From positions 23,019,365 through 23,083,364 of the forward strand of contig NC_092678.1 in NCBI RefSeq assembly GCF_964355755.1: 64,000 nt of DNA, written 5' to 3'. How positions within the stretch are numbered: position 1 is the stretch's first letter; the number at the start of each line of letters is the position of its first letter. A program made the position numbers and the translations under genes. The DNA is from Antedon mediterranea (Eukaryota > Animalia > Echinodermata). Shown here piece by piece: positions 24,401 through 38,535 of the stretch. Under the pieces are notes generated by a model that worked only from the letters and a program-made list of their open reading frames with translations, was not told the origin of the DNA and did no database searches.

Positions 24401-27400
24401 CAGTAGCTGTTAACAGTAAACAGATTATCATAATGACCTGCTGAACTGAAATTAAAAAATTGTTAACATTACACTTAAAATGAAAGAGTAAACATGTCTT
24501 CAAGGTTACTGTACATTGACACTGACAGAATTATAATATCTAGGTGGATTTCATATTAAACAAACAATGTAGGAAATACTGTAGGAAATACTTTAGCAGA
24601 CAACATACCACAATTGACTTTTGAAACTCACTAATTCCTCTAGGCATTAAATGTCATTACTGAATAGTAGGACTTAAAGTTACCTCACAAGAAAAGTACC
24701 AGCTTAGTTTTATTGCTTTTAAATAATGACTATAACCATTTCTTTTTTTCATTGTTATTGTTTTATGGTTAATAATTAAATTTACTATAAATTGAGCAGA
24801 ACTCCAAATATCATTTTGATTGATTTATTTTATCAACATAGAATCAATACAACATAATTTTAACAATGCTAGCCAGGGGCAGTTTCAGCAATATACATGT
24901 GTACTCAAATGAACCACCTACTGTAGGCCTCGTAAATTATATATTTATATCAACATTATAAAATGAATTAATTTAAAAATAACATCATACATGCCAATAC
25001 TCACATTTGGCTTAACATCGTGCTCGTGGTTTTCCACATTTCCGATAACTGAATGTTTATGTATATGCGTTGTTTTCTGCATTAAAATCTCAACAAAGTT
25101 CACAACAGATGTTTGTTATTTCTGTGGCAATAAATTTTCACAACGGAAAGGGGATTTCCCTAATATAGCCATCATGGGAATGATATTGATAATCAATAAA
25201 AAAAATTATTATTTTACTTACAATTAATTAGCAACGGCTTTAATAGTGATCTAGATGTATAGTATTAGCAGATAGCAAATAATTAACCCACGGATTACAG
25301 TACCTCTATGTATTTATGAACGGACTTGGTAAGAATGAATGGAGCTGGCGAAATATATTATCGCTACCTTATTGGCTGTTGGTATAGTTTCATTTCATTG
25401 ATTATTATTCATCGCCTATAGTCAATAAACCATGTTTATATTCAAAGCATATTCTACATAATCTGTTTATACAACAGATGTCAATATAGATCAATCAATG
25501 TCTATTTCCTCTTTCAACAGGTATGGTGTATAATTACATGGTAATTAGTATTTATTATGTTAGGTGGACTTAACTAAACAATTCCATTCAAGTTCAAATT
25601 TATTTACTCACACAACAAAATTATCAATCTATCAATAACGACATGCCTGACACTACTAAAGTATGTAATGAATACTAATTTGTTTCCCAATGTTTTAATT
25701 AAGCAAGTTTACGACTTCACCAGAGATTGTACTTACTGATTCATATACCTATTGCCTTAGATTTTATTAGTTATAATATCTAAGTAATTTTTTAATTGAA
25801 TGTATTGAATGGTGAAAAAGTTTTCGGTTGATTGTCCTCAGGATTGACAATGTAATTCTAAAGCTACTGTAGCAAGTTCAAGTTTCAAGTTTATTGTTTT
25901 CACACAATACAAAATACAATATAATAATATTATATTGTATTTTGTATTGATACAGAACATAAATTAATAAATACAATGAGGATGCATTAAACCACTTGGC
26001 TTTAAATTTGGTCCTCCAAAAATACAATAAAAATTATGGCTTGGAATTTCTTACATTGACCCAAGCATATTTTATGGTAAAAGTGTTCATACTGGTGATT
26101 TGAAAAATACAAATTCAAATCCCAAGGAAGGAAAAAATAAGAAATATTCATAAATAAACATTAATTAAATATTACTACTATAATCTAATCTATAATCTAC
26201 TTAATTGTTTGTAAATACCTGTGCCTACTATCTTCTATTTACTGTGCAGTCTATCAACCTGTTGGCTCCTTGAGTATCAATGCAGAATTTATGATCTCAT
26301 AATTGTGTGTGATATAATAGTACCTAGTTATCACTACGTCACCTGGTTCTTAAATCTGATTGGCCAACACAGTGAGTGGTTGTACACAGCTGTATAGTAC
26401 CGTCAGATGTAGTGTATGATGTTTGCTAGGCTGATGTTTAATTTCAATTAATACGGAAACTACACTACCGGTAATACAAAAGAAACTCAAAATAGTTTTT
26501 TAATGGATTTTAAGGACATCAAATTGAAACACAATTTCTAAAATAATTTCAAAGGATTATCTAACAATTACACTTTCAAACTAAATAAGACTGATCTTCA
26601 ACAACATGCACTTATTTTTTCAATCATATAGGGACCAGTGTTGTTCATGCAGAGTTTCAAACTCTCATGTTGAAAACAATGTTTTTAATTCACTTATTCA
26701 CTTCATATTTCATACATATTGGAGAAATGTTCACAAATGCTAGGAGGCTAAAGTTGGTTGGTAAATTACACCATTTCCTCACAATGTATGGCCTACTGTA
26801 CATCATCCAAAAAGGTTATTAATTGACATACAGTCAACTAAACTAATTAACCAGTTACTAGGCATTTTCATAATTAATTTCAAAATGTAATTTCACCTAT
26901 TACATTAAGTACTCTGTAGAACTTAATATTTGCCACATTTGTGTTTCCTTATTAGTTATGACCGATACTAAACTATCCTATTGTTTACAAAAATCCAGGA
27001 AATTGAACAGCTCCTAGTGTTCCTACTGTAACCTTCTCAATTGGTATTATAATAATTAAATACTAAGAAAATGCGAGAACAACTACAGTAATTGGATGTT
27101 AAATAAATCATCTCGGAACGGAATATCTATATTGTCTATGGAAATTTGACCTAATTATAGAAATACTGTAGTTATAAACATCCACACATTTATGAAATAC
27201 CAGCAATAAAAATAAACACACAATAATTATTGTTTATAATCAATAATCAACAATTTACACAAAAAACACAGTATTCAGGTTTCAACAACATAGGGCTCAC
27301 AGTCCCATGCAGAATACATTTTGATTTATAATAGCGACCATTTATTTGCTATGGTTCTAAAGTTGTCTACACTATCAAACTTTATTTAAAACTTTAAAAT

Positions 27401-27479
27401 GTGATCCATATATGAATATGATGATGTCATATCACTACCATATTTAGGCATATATATATACCCATTCTAAAGGCACATG

Positions 27480-27890
27480 AAGCAAAGCCATAACGAAATA
27501 GCCACCTGGAAGGAAAAAACTTTACTATCATTAATGATCATTCATCTAAAAGCTGGAATGAACTTCCAAATGAATTAAAAATTAACTTGCGTGCGCAAAT
27601 TTGAGTTAGTGTTTACCGACCGGCAAGTTAGTGTTTACCGACCGACATATTGAGCTAAAAAATATGTCAATAACTTCATTCCAAACACAATTAATACGCA
27701 ACAATTAAACTAAGTTTTCTAAAATTAATTTCTATTTATAATGTACATTTTTTCTATTTGTGATTTTGATTACTCTTTGTCTTTAATTTATTATGTTGGT
27801 TTAATGATATTTCCAGTTACTGTACCACTTTGAAAATCAGTGCAATAGTACTAAAAGTGCCTGCAGAATAAAGAATACATAAATAAACAG
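27480..27890 (+). mobile_element. LINE 3' remnant
   Basis: Frame SKSWNELPNELK (WNxLP motif of CR1/L2 ORF2 C-terminus), followed by an AT-rich 3' region. Confidence 0.35.
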
Positions 27891-27959
27891 AAACAACTTT
27901 TTAACTACCATTTCTAGTTTATTGCTTGTAATCTTGTTCTCATACATTTTTATGGTATA

Positions 27960-28600
27960 TTATTGTTTCAACCTTTTCATAATGATTTACCCAATAATTT
28001 TACTTCACAATCTCTATTGTATGCAGACGACATGAAACTTTTTCATCTCGTCAAAAATATAGATGATACTAACATTATTTTAAAACATGTACATATTTGT
28101 ACATACAATTGGTGTAAAAGCTGGGAAACATCCCTTAAATAATACAAAAATGCATGAGTATAACCATCATCACTTTGAAAAGGAAATAGGCCTAATCTTC
28201 CTTCCATAACATGCTTAATTAATGGTCACAAAATATGTTACCGGTATACTTCATTATGACCTTGAGAACTATAAAGACCATGTTAAACAAGTTGACTGTA
28301 AACATAACATGACATCATTGTTGCACCATTAGAATAAAAAAACTATGATTCATACTGATTAATCTATACTGCTCACTTGTTTAGAACTCATATCAAATTT
28401 AATTCTGTTATTTTAAATTGCTTATCCAATACGCTCTTTACCAAAATCAATATTATCCAAAAACAATTGATTACATTTGTCTCGCGTGCATGTGATATCT
28501 CTTTAACTTCAATTAACATTCCAACTATCTTTCTATCATGTTCAATTTTCCACAGTCAATGTTACCAAAAGAGAGTTTAATTTGTAGATTATAAATCCAA
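27960..28600 (+). mobile_element. Degenerate non-LTR retrotransposon (CR1/Jockey-like) reverse transcriptase fragment
   Basis: NDLPNNFTSQSLLYADDMKLFHLV (YADD at 28020-28031), then YNWCKSW, then LFRTHIKFNSVIL..IQK; frameshifted. Confidence 0.8.
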
Positions 28601-28602
28601 AG

Positions 28603-29033
28603 GCAATGCTGAGGGTATCAGTGGCTAGATCTCAATGGAGATATAAAATGACAATGCTGTGGGTATCAGTGGCTGGATCTCAATAGAGATATAAAATGAC
28701 AATGCTGTGGGTATCAGTGGCTGGATCTCAATGGAGATATAAAATGACAATGCTGTGGGTATCAGTGGCTGGATCTCAATAGAGATATAAAATGACAATG
28801 CTGTGGGTATCAGTGGCTGGATCTCAATAGAGATACAAAATGACAATGCTGTGGGTATCAGTGGCTGGATCTCAATGGAGATATAAAATGACAATGCTGT
28901 GGATATCAGTGGCTGGATCTCAATGGAGATATAAAATGACAATGCTGTGGGTATCAGTGGCTGGATCTCAATGGAGATATAAAATGACAATGCTGTGGGT
29001 ATCAGTGGCTGGATCTCAATGGAGATATAAAAT
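28603..29033. repeat. 48-bp tandem repeat, 9 copies
   Basis: GACAATGCTGTGGGTATCAGTGGCTGGATCTCAATGGAGATATAAAAT period. Confidence 0.98.
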
Positions 29034-29082
29034 AAAATAAGAAAAAAGCTAAATCAAAACAATAAAATAAAACAGCCAGAAA

Positions 29083-29130
29083 AATTAGCAGAGCTTTCAG
29101 ACAACACTAGCCCTTCATCAGTGCATAATT
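29083..29130 (-). ncRNA. Minimal type I hammerhead ribozyme (Penelope-like element type)
   Basis: Minus strand AATTATGCA-CTGATGA-A-GGGC-TAGTGTT-GTCT-GAAAGCTC-TGCTAATT: CUGAUGA and GAAA core, stem II, palindromic AGCT stem III, bulged 8-bp stem I. Confidence 0.7.
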
Positions 29131-29389
29131 ATATTGATATATTTATGATTCTCTGCTTACGGTATTTATTATTGAATCTTATTTGTATTATTATTCTGAA
29201 ATAAAATAAAAAATAACATTGTAATTGTTTGAATATGAATGAATGAACAATGTCACAAGTTAAAACATACTGCTGTAAAATAAAATAGTATTTACGGTAT
29301 ATGTAAATGTATTTCGTCTAATTAATATAAGGTACAATATTAAAATACTTTTCAAAACTCAAACAGTAACCATTTGATAGCCTATCTTG

Positions 29390-29553
29390 AAGCTTTGTCT
29401 ACACTATCAAACTTTATGTGTCAAAAAAATGTGATGTGCCCATATATGGAAATGATGATGTCATATCACTACCATATGTAAGCATAGTTCTACCATATTT
29501 GGGCACATCAAACTTTTTTGACACATAAAGTTTGATAGTGTAGACAAGGCTTT
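29390..29553. mobile_element. ~160-bp palindromic MITE
   Basis: Arms TTGTCTACACTATCAAACTTTATGTG / CACATAAAGTTTGATAGTGTAGACAA; partial copy at ~27360-27470. Confidence 0.85.
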
Positions 29554-31149
29554 AGTTTTAAAGAATTAAGCCATACCTTTACAGCAAGCATTGTTAACAT
29601 ACTGTTTGTTGATGTTTGTTGATGTTTGTTCATCTAACTATACTACTTTAAAGTCTTTTGACATTAATTATTTGTCTACAAAGAAAAATAATTTAGTACG
29701 CCTAAAATTAATTACCACAGATATGCTGTTACCCCTTGGCGACAATTTATTGGGAATTATCTCCTTTACATACATTATAACATAGTGGTTGTTGCAGTTG
29801 ATTGTGCAATAATATTTACAAGGAAGTAACAGTTGTATAAATTAGTAATCCTAATTTCTACTTTGAATTACCAAGAAATACTCATCTTGCTATTAAGGTG
29901 AGGGTGACAACATGTTGTTACAATAGAACCTCTATTAAGGGGACACCTTTGTGACCCAACAAATTGTCACCTTATAAGGTTGTCCCCTGAATAGGCTGAG
30001 TATTAAAACATATTGTGCCTTGTTTGTTCTACTAAAAAGTTTCTACATTAACTACTGTAACTAATAATAAATGTCCTAGCCTATTTCCAAAACAGAAATA
30101 TATGGCACCAACAAACATTTTGTTGATAATGACTTCAAAATATAGTATATTGAAAAGCATCGTTGAAAGAAAAGATTTAATTAAGCCATGAAATAAATCC
30201 TAATTAACCCAATGAAATAAAAAAAGATGCAACCTATGCTGAGCAACCGGCCATTATGTTATTGTATAATATTATATGTTGTTATAATTATATTGTGGAA
30301 GTACTGTAAATAGAAACCATCTCATGCGCAACATAACATATGCCTACACTTGTACCTAAATGTACCCAGAGATACAGTAACCTGCAAACTCACTGGCCCA
30401 TGCTTTGTCTTCATCCCTACCTACATCATTTACACTTAGTTGATGTAGACAATCTCTCCTTAGGCCTATACTTGGTTAAATAAACCATTTTAAAAATAAA
30501 GGTCTGCTTTAAATTGGTATTGAACAGTTCACACTGCTTGTGGCGATTGGACGTTGGATTACTTAGCTGTATTTAGTTTCCATACATGTTTGATCCAAAA
30601 AATGACCAGGGTAATAAAGTAACGTGCAGCGCATTGAGAGCTTGTTTATATGGGCTCTAAGAATGAACTATTATTATTGTAGTTACCAGACACTGACAGG
30701 ACCAGGTACAGCACGTGCCATTTCATAATTTTCAACCACTTGTTTACCATATCAGTAGCAATATACCACATTATCAACAGATAATTACATTTGTTTTGAG
30801 GTTTCCACCTACAACCACACATGTCAATTATCATTTAGCTAAACCTATCTTAGATAGGTAGGAAAACTATTAAGTTGTAGTATATAAACCATAAGTTGTT
30901 TATTGTTTTTTTCTCATCAATGGGTAAATAGGTTAGTTTAGTAAGTAATCATAATAATACACATTTTTTTAAGCGATAACTATACAAAAAATTGAATAAA
31001 CAATGATAAACATTTTAAACCTGAAAATGGCCACAAACATTTTCTGATTTACTTTAAAAAAGAATATTTTGTATTGAACATGTAATGGAAAATAATTAGA
31101 CAATAAATATACTTTACAAATTTGGCCATTTTCCAAGAAATTGAACCTT

Positions 31150-31474
31150 CCCACATGACTGTTTGTAATTCTGGACCACTTTTTAGAATTATTTACAGAC
31201 CTGCTAGTGTTAAAAGATAGGACAGAATTTTCAAAATCCTGTGAACAGTCTTAAGTTTTTTGCGTTGCTGTTCTATTGTTAGTCAGCTGAAGCTATTGTT
31301 AATTGAAAGGCTTGTTACATACCATTACACCAAACTCGCATACACATGCTTGTAGTGAAATTAGCCTAAATCACAAACACAGCATTAAAACACACAAAAT
31401 TTTTACGGAGACTAAATATGTAGAAGAATTTTACAGAAGGCGGAGGTATGCACTCTCGGAGTGGCTTTCTAGTT
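31150..31474 (+). mobile_element. Helentron-derived non-autonomous element (HINE), 3' part
   Basis: 3' subTIR GGCGGAGGTA (31439), hairpin CACTC-TCG-GAGTG, CTAGTT end; 31170-31255 matches 62372-62460. Confidence 0.7.
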
Positions 31475-32821
31475 CCTACTGTATTAGGGTTGTATTACAA
31501 TGAAAAGTGTAATGCGTTTGTCATTCTGCTTAGACCTAATAATCAGAGTGTTTAAAACGCAAGACTTTGCGTAAGATAACAACCCTAACGCCGTGAGTCA
31601 ATGATTTTTCTCTCTCCATTATTGTTAAACAAAATGTGTGCACACACCACTTCCTGCTGCTATATTTACTATGGGAGAGAGTGCTGACTGGATGTGATTG
31701 ATATTTGTGATTGATATTTGTGGTGATGAATACTAGCATTTACTTTTAATAAACCAATTAATTGGAATGTATTTTCCTTTCAAATAGTGATGGATTAAAA
31801 ATGGTTACGCATTGATTTGTGCTAAATGCCTATTTCATTATAAATCACTTTGAAATACAGATGAATGTCACATTAATAATTTTGTGAAAAGTATGTAAAA
31901 AATGGTATACACAATAATGAAATTTTAGCCATATAATAATGATAATAAATGATAGCAATATCAAAATATTACCTTGCTATTTTAATGAAGAGTGTCATTT
32001 TTACTCACCTTGTTAGTTTACAAATGTTATACAGCAGCTGGTATAAGAAATACCAGGCCTCCTGTTTTAATGGTTAGTACTTCAGTACTTCACATCAATT
32101 TTCTAAGTGAAGATACTCTATAAAATGTGGTGGTTTTATATACAATCTGTCTGTCTGTATTTGGCTATGGTCCAACCAGTCAGGGTAACAGTTTAATATT
32201 ATGTCATACTGTATGGCTTTGTTCTCACTTTTAACTTGACTGTCTGTCTGAATCTCGAATACAAATTAAAACAGAACTTCAAAAACCAGCATGTTGTATT
32301 TAAACCTGCCAAATGTCACCTGAATTGGAACATCTTTTTTATTTATTCTGCCACACATTTATATATTTTATTATGTACCAATGTACCAATATTAATTGCT
32401 TCAAATTCAACTTTAAAAAACATTTTCTCGTAATTTGTCAAATGTAATGAAATGTTTATACTGTAATAATAATTATAGTACCTGTATAAATTGATAGTAC
32501 TTTTGTAATTTTTTTTATATTTTGTCATTTCAAGCAGAACCTATCTGGCCTATGAGTTTAGCTCCAAGAGTGATTTTCTATAATAAAAAAGTTGAAATAA
32601 AAATATTATGCAGCTCAAACTTTTCAAGAAAATTAGCCATTTGTTATAGCTTATTGGAAATAGTGGATAACCTCACAAGCGTTAGTAATTCAATGATGCA
32701 ATTTATTTCTCTGTCATACGCAATCGTACAAAGAACCAAATGAAATTGAAAGCACACAATGAAATGAAAGACTGAATCAACTATATTGTCATATCATCTC
32801 CTGTATAGTATAACCCACTAG

Positions 32822-33018
32822 TAAGCTTGGTTCCCACTAGTAAGCTTTTTTCCCACTAGCGACGCAACATAACGCAACCTACGCAATGTAAGAAAATGTC
32901 CTTCCAATAATTATGTTTTCCCCTGCGATGTTTGCAGCACTGTTGCGTTGTCAGTTCCCACTTGTGATTATACAAAAGCACCTTGCATCAATACGTCGTG
33001 TTACATTGCGTCGCTAAC
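32822..33018. mobile_element. Degenerate short MITE
   Basis: AGCTTGGTTCCCACTAG start; inverted TAGCGACGCAA / TTGCGTCGCTA. Confidence 0.5.
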
Positions 33019-33589
33019 TTTAGTAACTTCATCTCATTTCTTATTAAACAGCATAAAAGAAGAAGTTTCAAAACACGGCAGTTGAATTTCATGTATGAAC
33101 AGCTCAGTTTAAGAGGAATGACTTTCGTCTATGAAAGCTTGCAATACTAATAATTGTGTAAAGTAAGGATGTTGTATAAAACAAAGCCTAAACTCAAATA
33201 TGATGCCATCATTGTGTCCATATCACGCACTTCACATTTTTTTTGTCACACATATTCAAAAGTACTTGCTGAAAACCATGTTAATTTAGAAATACAATAG
33301 AGTACTGTATAACAATTTTAAACACCAAAGTTGTAAAAAGAAATCATACAATAATCCAATCTTTACAAATAAACAATAAAAAGGTTTTAACATGATTGTC
33401 AGGTGCAATGTGAGCATTAGAATTGACCTTCTGAACAAATCTTTTTCAATCCAAACTACTTAATAGTGGCTTTTATAATGTAATTATGAGTGTAGGAGTT
33501 TTGTACAGACATCAATTAATTATAACCTTACTATAAGTTCATAGATTACTGTAATTTACCTTTCATTTATTTAATAATAGCACATTTAT

Positions 33590-34353
33590 TTATTTTTTGG
33601 AAAAATCTTCTATTAAACATAATAGTAACATATATATTCTGAACAATCTGACACCAAAATGAACTTTCCACGCCAACCCAATAATGAGATATAACAATTT
33701 GCCTGAAAAAACAGGTCAAAGGTCAAATATGGTATTTCTGGTTATTATTTGAGAAAAAACTTTATTATAGTAAATAGAAATGTTTATGTTCTGAACATTT
33801 TGACACCAACATTAACTCTCTATGACAAGTAGTTTTATGGATATCAAAATATATTAACCGTAACAAGGCTGGTAATTACATCGTAACGGTCAAAGGCAAA
33901 ACTGAGTACTTCCGGTCATTTTTGGATAAAATGTTTCATTAAATTAAATAGTAACATATATATTCTGAACAATTTGACACTTAAATAAACTGTCTGTGAC
34001 AACTATTTACTGAGATATGGCAATGCCTTAAAATATGGGTCAAAGGTTAAAACTGGTACTTCCGGTCATTTTTTTCAAAAAAACTTCATTAGAGTAAATA
34101 GGAATGTTTATGTTCTGAACATTTTGGGCTAAAAAATCAACTCTCTATGACCAGTATTTTTAGAGATATAGACTGTTTAAGCGAAAATGTCCGCCATTTT
34201 AAATTATGCAAATTAGGTGACCCAAGGGGTCATTTTGCTTGGCGCCCATCAAAAATTGAATTTATATAGGGTGGGCAACCTGTATACCAAATTTGGTGCT
34301 TTTGGAAGAAACTGAACCAAACACCCTTATTTCAGCCCTAACAGACTCCACTA
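33590..34353 (-). mobile_element. One end of a DNA transposon, possibly Academ-like, with internal ~325-bp duplication
   Basis: Terminus reads TAGTGGAGTCTGTTAGGGCTGAAATAAG on the minus strand; internal repeats 33621/33947 and 33771/34094; superfamily assignment from the TAG terminus only. Confidence 0.45.
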
Positions 34354-37300
34354 ATAGCTTAGCAATAATACAACCCATATACTATTATTATAAATACCTA
34401 TTAAAAATCCATTCATATAACTTTTCATCGCGAACCGAAAATGTATAAATGTTATTCTATAGACAGTAAATTATATATTCAAAAGCCATATTATTATTAT
34501 TATCAATACCTAAATGCGATATCTACATTAAGTAATAACCACATAAACATACATTATTCCCAATACATGTTTGTGCGTTTAATTCTAGAAAGAAACGAAT
34601 GTGCTGACAGGCCAATGACATAAATCACAAGTCCCAATTGTTCACTTGCGTTTTGATTGGCCGACTAATATATTAGATTAATGAAGATTGTTCCAACTGT
34701 CCAGTCAAAAAGTTACGCAGCGTTTTTTGTAAGAAATATTTCTTCTTTACTCCTACTCAACTAACAAAAATTCCAATGTCACAAAAATGAACTACTGACT
34801 ATAGTGTTGATCATTGATTAGCATTCCTCATTCATTATATTTATTTAAATAATATATACAGTAAAATAATCTTGGTCCAACTAGTCAGGTATTATACCTT
34901 TCTTTGTTCTTCGCTTTTTAATAACATCTGTCTGTCTGTCTTTCACTGTCTGAACCTTGATTAATGAATTAAAGTAGAAAGCGGAAATTCTACCAGTATT
35001 GTCACACAGTCTATAAGTGTACACTCTTAAAACAGTTAAAACAGTCAAACAAAGTAAAAACTTGAATGGAAAATCAATGGTTAATTCATATGCAGACTAT
35101 TTTATTAATTAAATTTAGCATTCAACAAAATATCTAAAAATTAGAAACTTCTCAACATCGATGCCCTTATGCCCAATGTGGTCTGGTAAAACAAACACTT
35201 TTTTTTCCAATTTGGAATCTGTGCGTGAGAACGGACATACCAATTTTTCACTTGACAATTGTTGCTATGGATTTAATTATCATTTTTGCATTCTGGTTCT
35301 TTGACCTTTTTTCCTTTAACCTTCTAGGTGGTCTAGACAAATAAGCCTTATTATTAATGCCTGGGTAAACAACAGAATAAAGACACTATCAGTAGTTCTC
35401 ACCGATTTAATTGTGTATATTACATATTTCTCTCGGCATGCTTTGTATTCTTCATTATGTACATATTTCTTCTTTGTTCAATATATATGTAGGTATTTAT
35501 TCATAAAAAACACATAAATAGTATGCAAACAGAAGGCAACCCAACGGCTGAAACATTCTGCAAACAACGTACAAAGTAAAAATTTAAAAGAATCTAACAA
35601 CAATATAATATAAAAAAGTACTTGAAAGTAAATCAAAACAAACAGTTTTATTTTTCCTGATGAACAACCAGCCTTTTTAGAGTTTGTGAACATTTACAGT
35701 ATAGTGAATGGAAATTGAGTGTCAATTGACCTCCTGAATAAATCTATGGCTTTCAATCAAAACAACCTTTTATAATGTAATTATGAGTGTATGAATTTAG
35801 GAAGTCATCAATTAATTAAAAATAAACATTATAACTATATAAAGCCATTTAACCTTACTATGAGTTCATAGATTACTGTAATTTACCTTTCATTTATTTA
35901 ATAATAGCACATCTATTTAATGGCATGATAGTCCTGTGTGAATAGACTATAATGTTATATGCCGGTAACAATGCAGGTACGATGCAGGTATCAGCTGGTA
36001 CGTCTGTGAGAAATTGGCTTTAGTTATAAAGAACAGTCAAATAGTTTTTTTGATGAATATTGTAAACTGTAAAGCATGCCATGTAAATCTCTCCTAAAAA
36101 AATGCTGCAGTTTTCTTCATTGCTGTGTACTTTGTTTTGTACATTGTGTGGTCTTAATAGTAGAAATGTATTCTTTTAATGTATTGTGTTAACTTGTTTA
36201 GTATGTTGTTTATGACTCACCTTCACACATTGAAGTGTGCCACTGGTTCAAAAGTGCAGTACAAATAAATAATGAAAATAATGGTAAAAAACCACAATTC
36301 AATGTTACAATTTAAAGCCCTGAAGGATTTCAATTAAGCTACTGATAAGTAGAACGAATTAATATTTAATACAACACACTCCAGGGTATTTAAATATTCA
36401 ATAAAAAGTATGCACATGAATGATAAGATAGCTTAACCTTACGTAAGTGGACATTCTCTCTAGATGGTCCTTACAAGAAAGGCATCTACCAATGACAGGT
36501 TTTTTGTCAATGATCCTACTCTTTATATCCATTGCATTCTAACTTTGCAGAGAAGGCCTCTAAATCTAAAGCATTGCAATTTATTCATATTATATTAAAC
36601 ATTTAAAAATAATCTGTTGGTTGAATAATATGATTTTCTGTATTTTGAACAGAGATTTAAATTGTCAAACAACTTTTTGGGTGTCCATCAATGGGCAGTG
36701 AATTAAAATATCATTGGTCAAAAAGTATCTGCATCCTTACTCTGCTCCATTTGTAATGGGGCATTAATTTACAAGTGTTGTTTGCGTCTACTTTAATCAA
36801 GGCTTTGTAAAGTACCAAGGTAAAACAAAGTGAAAGCTGTACAGTAGAAGAAAAAAACCAAATTACTTTCTTGATTGATTTTTCTACTAAATCCATGCTA
36901 AATTAATAGCCTTTAGGCCAAGTAAAATATTGGAGAGTTTCACATGCCCTCCCTCACTTTGGAGCCAAATGAACAAATTTACAATTACTATAATACTATT
37001 GTTCACAAAGCATAATACAACTGAGAGACTACTACCAGATTTAGGTATGGAAAAAAATTTGATTTTTTTACACTTACAGTACAAAACAGATGTTGTGGTT
37101 TTAGATAAACTGACATTAGCTTCCCTAGCTTTTTCCTCTTCCAGGATACAGGCTGTTTTGGAAGAGTGAAACTAATAAAATTCTTTCTTAATTATGATCT
37201 CTCCTCTCAAGAGGAAATAAAGAACAATATTGGTCTCAAGGCACTAGCAAACAATTGCAGTGGTTTTCAGATAAAAACCAGGTATGACTTAGCAGTTTTT

Positions 37301-38339
37301 TCAAAATATTGAGCGTGATGCGGGGCGTGATGACACAAAATACTGTACGCAAAACCTCTCATTCATGACATCAATGCATTCCCCAACTATATAAGTTCCA
37401 ATATACAGGTAATACATCCCCCAAACATACATCCCCAAACTACAGACAAAGACAGTCTGCATTATATCCTTAAGGACTGTAAAAGAACTAGTAAGACAAT
37501 CCATATGATCAAAGAAAGAACATCATGCAAATCAAAGAAAGAACATCACGATCAAACAAAGATACTGTATATTACACAACACCATCTGGTAACACATGTT
37601 CTGACATGTTTCAACTATTGTTTAATTAATATTTTCAAAGTACAGGTAGACAAAGAACATGTCATTTTGGAGCTCATGGCTAAACTTCAACAACAGCATC
37701 AACAATTGCAAAAAACCACTAATTGTGTTTGAACTGTATACATAATTGAAGATTCAAAACACTTTAGAATTTACACTATTTATGAAAAGGAAATTATATA
37801 TAAAGAATACAATACAGACAAATTCAATTCTCAAAACAAACAAAGTGTACTGTACTAGAAATGATAACAATACAATGGTAATAAAAGCATAGAACAAGAC
37901 AACATTTGGCTAATCTTATTAAATGATATGGTACACCACCTCGGGCATTAAAACATGAACAAATGTTAATTGGTGCATGTGAATGCGGTTGGCCTTTTGA
38001 ACAAATAGATAGCTTTCAACGGAAACAATGTTTAGTTTAGTGGCTTTTAATGTATGAGTGATAGGCGTTTCACAGATATTATCACTTAATTATAAAATAT
38101 TTATCTAAACAGTTTAATATTTACAAGGATTTAGTTCTAATTAAGTAGATTAAGAAAAACACAGGCAGTATGTGACTAATTTCTATTTGATAGATAAATG
38201 CAATACAGATCAAATTTTTAATTTTGTTCCAAATATGCTTATTTATAGCTTATATCAATACTATTCATCAACTAATGAAACATTGCAAATCAATGTCAAA
38301 ATGTAATTAATCATGTAATCATTTACCCAATGATTTCTA

Positions 38340-38415
38340 ACTGTTTAGCGCCTTGAGCACTTTTACTAAGTGGATATGTGCGCTATATAAATTGTTATAT
38401 TATTATATATTATTA
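38340..38415 (+). mobile_element. L2/CR1-type retroelement 3' tail
   Basis: AGCGCCTTGAGCA...GCGCTATATAAAT followed by a (TAT)n-like tail. Confidence 0.5.
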
Positions 38416-38535
38416 ACAGTAAATGGATTTGATAATATTAATGGCTTGGAATGGATGTGTTCCGCAAAATGGATAAAAATCCTAACAACCTTGGCAAGTT
38501 GGGCCTAATAATACCATTCTGTTACTGGTTTCTAG

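Noticed and set aside
24780-24790. ATTTACTATAA as the opposite terminus of copy A
   Set aside because: Single 11-mer in very AT-rich DNA with no accompanying repeats; readily expected by chance
28625-29040. ORFs on both strands of the 48-bp array
   Set aside because: Artefacts of a repeat whose length is a multiple of three
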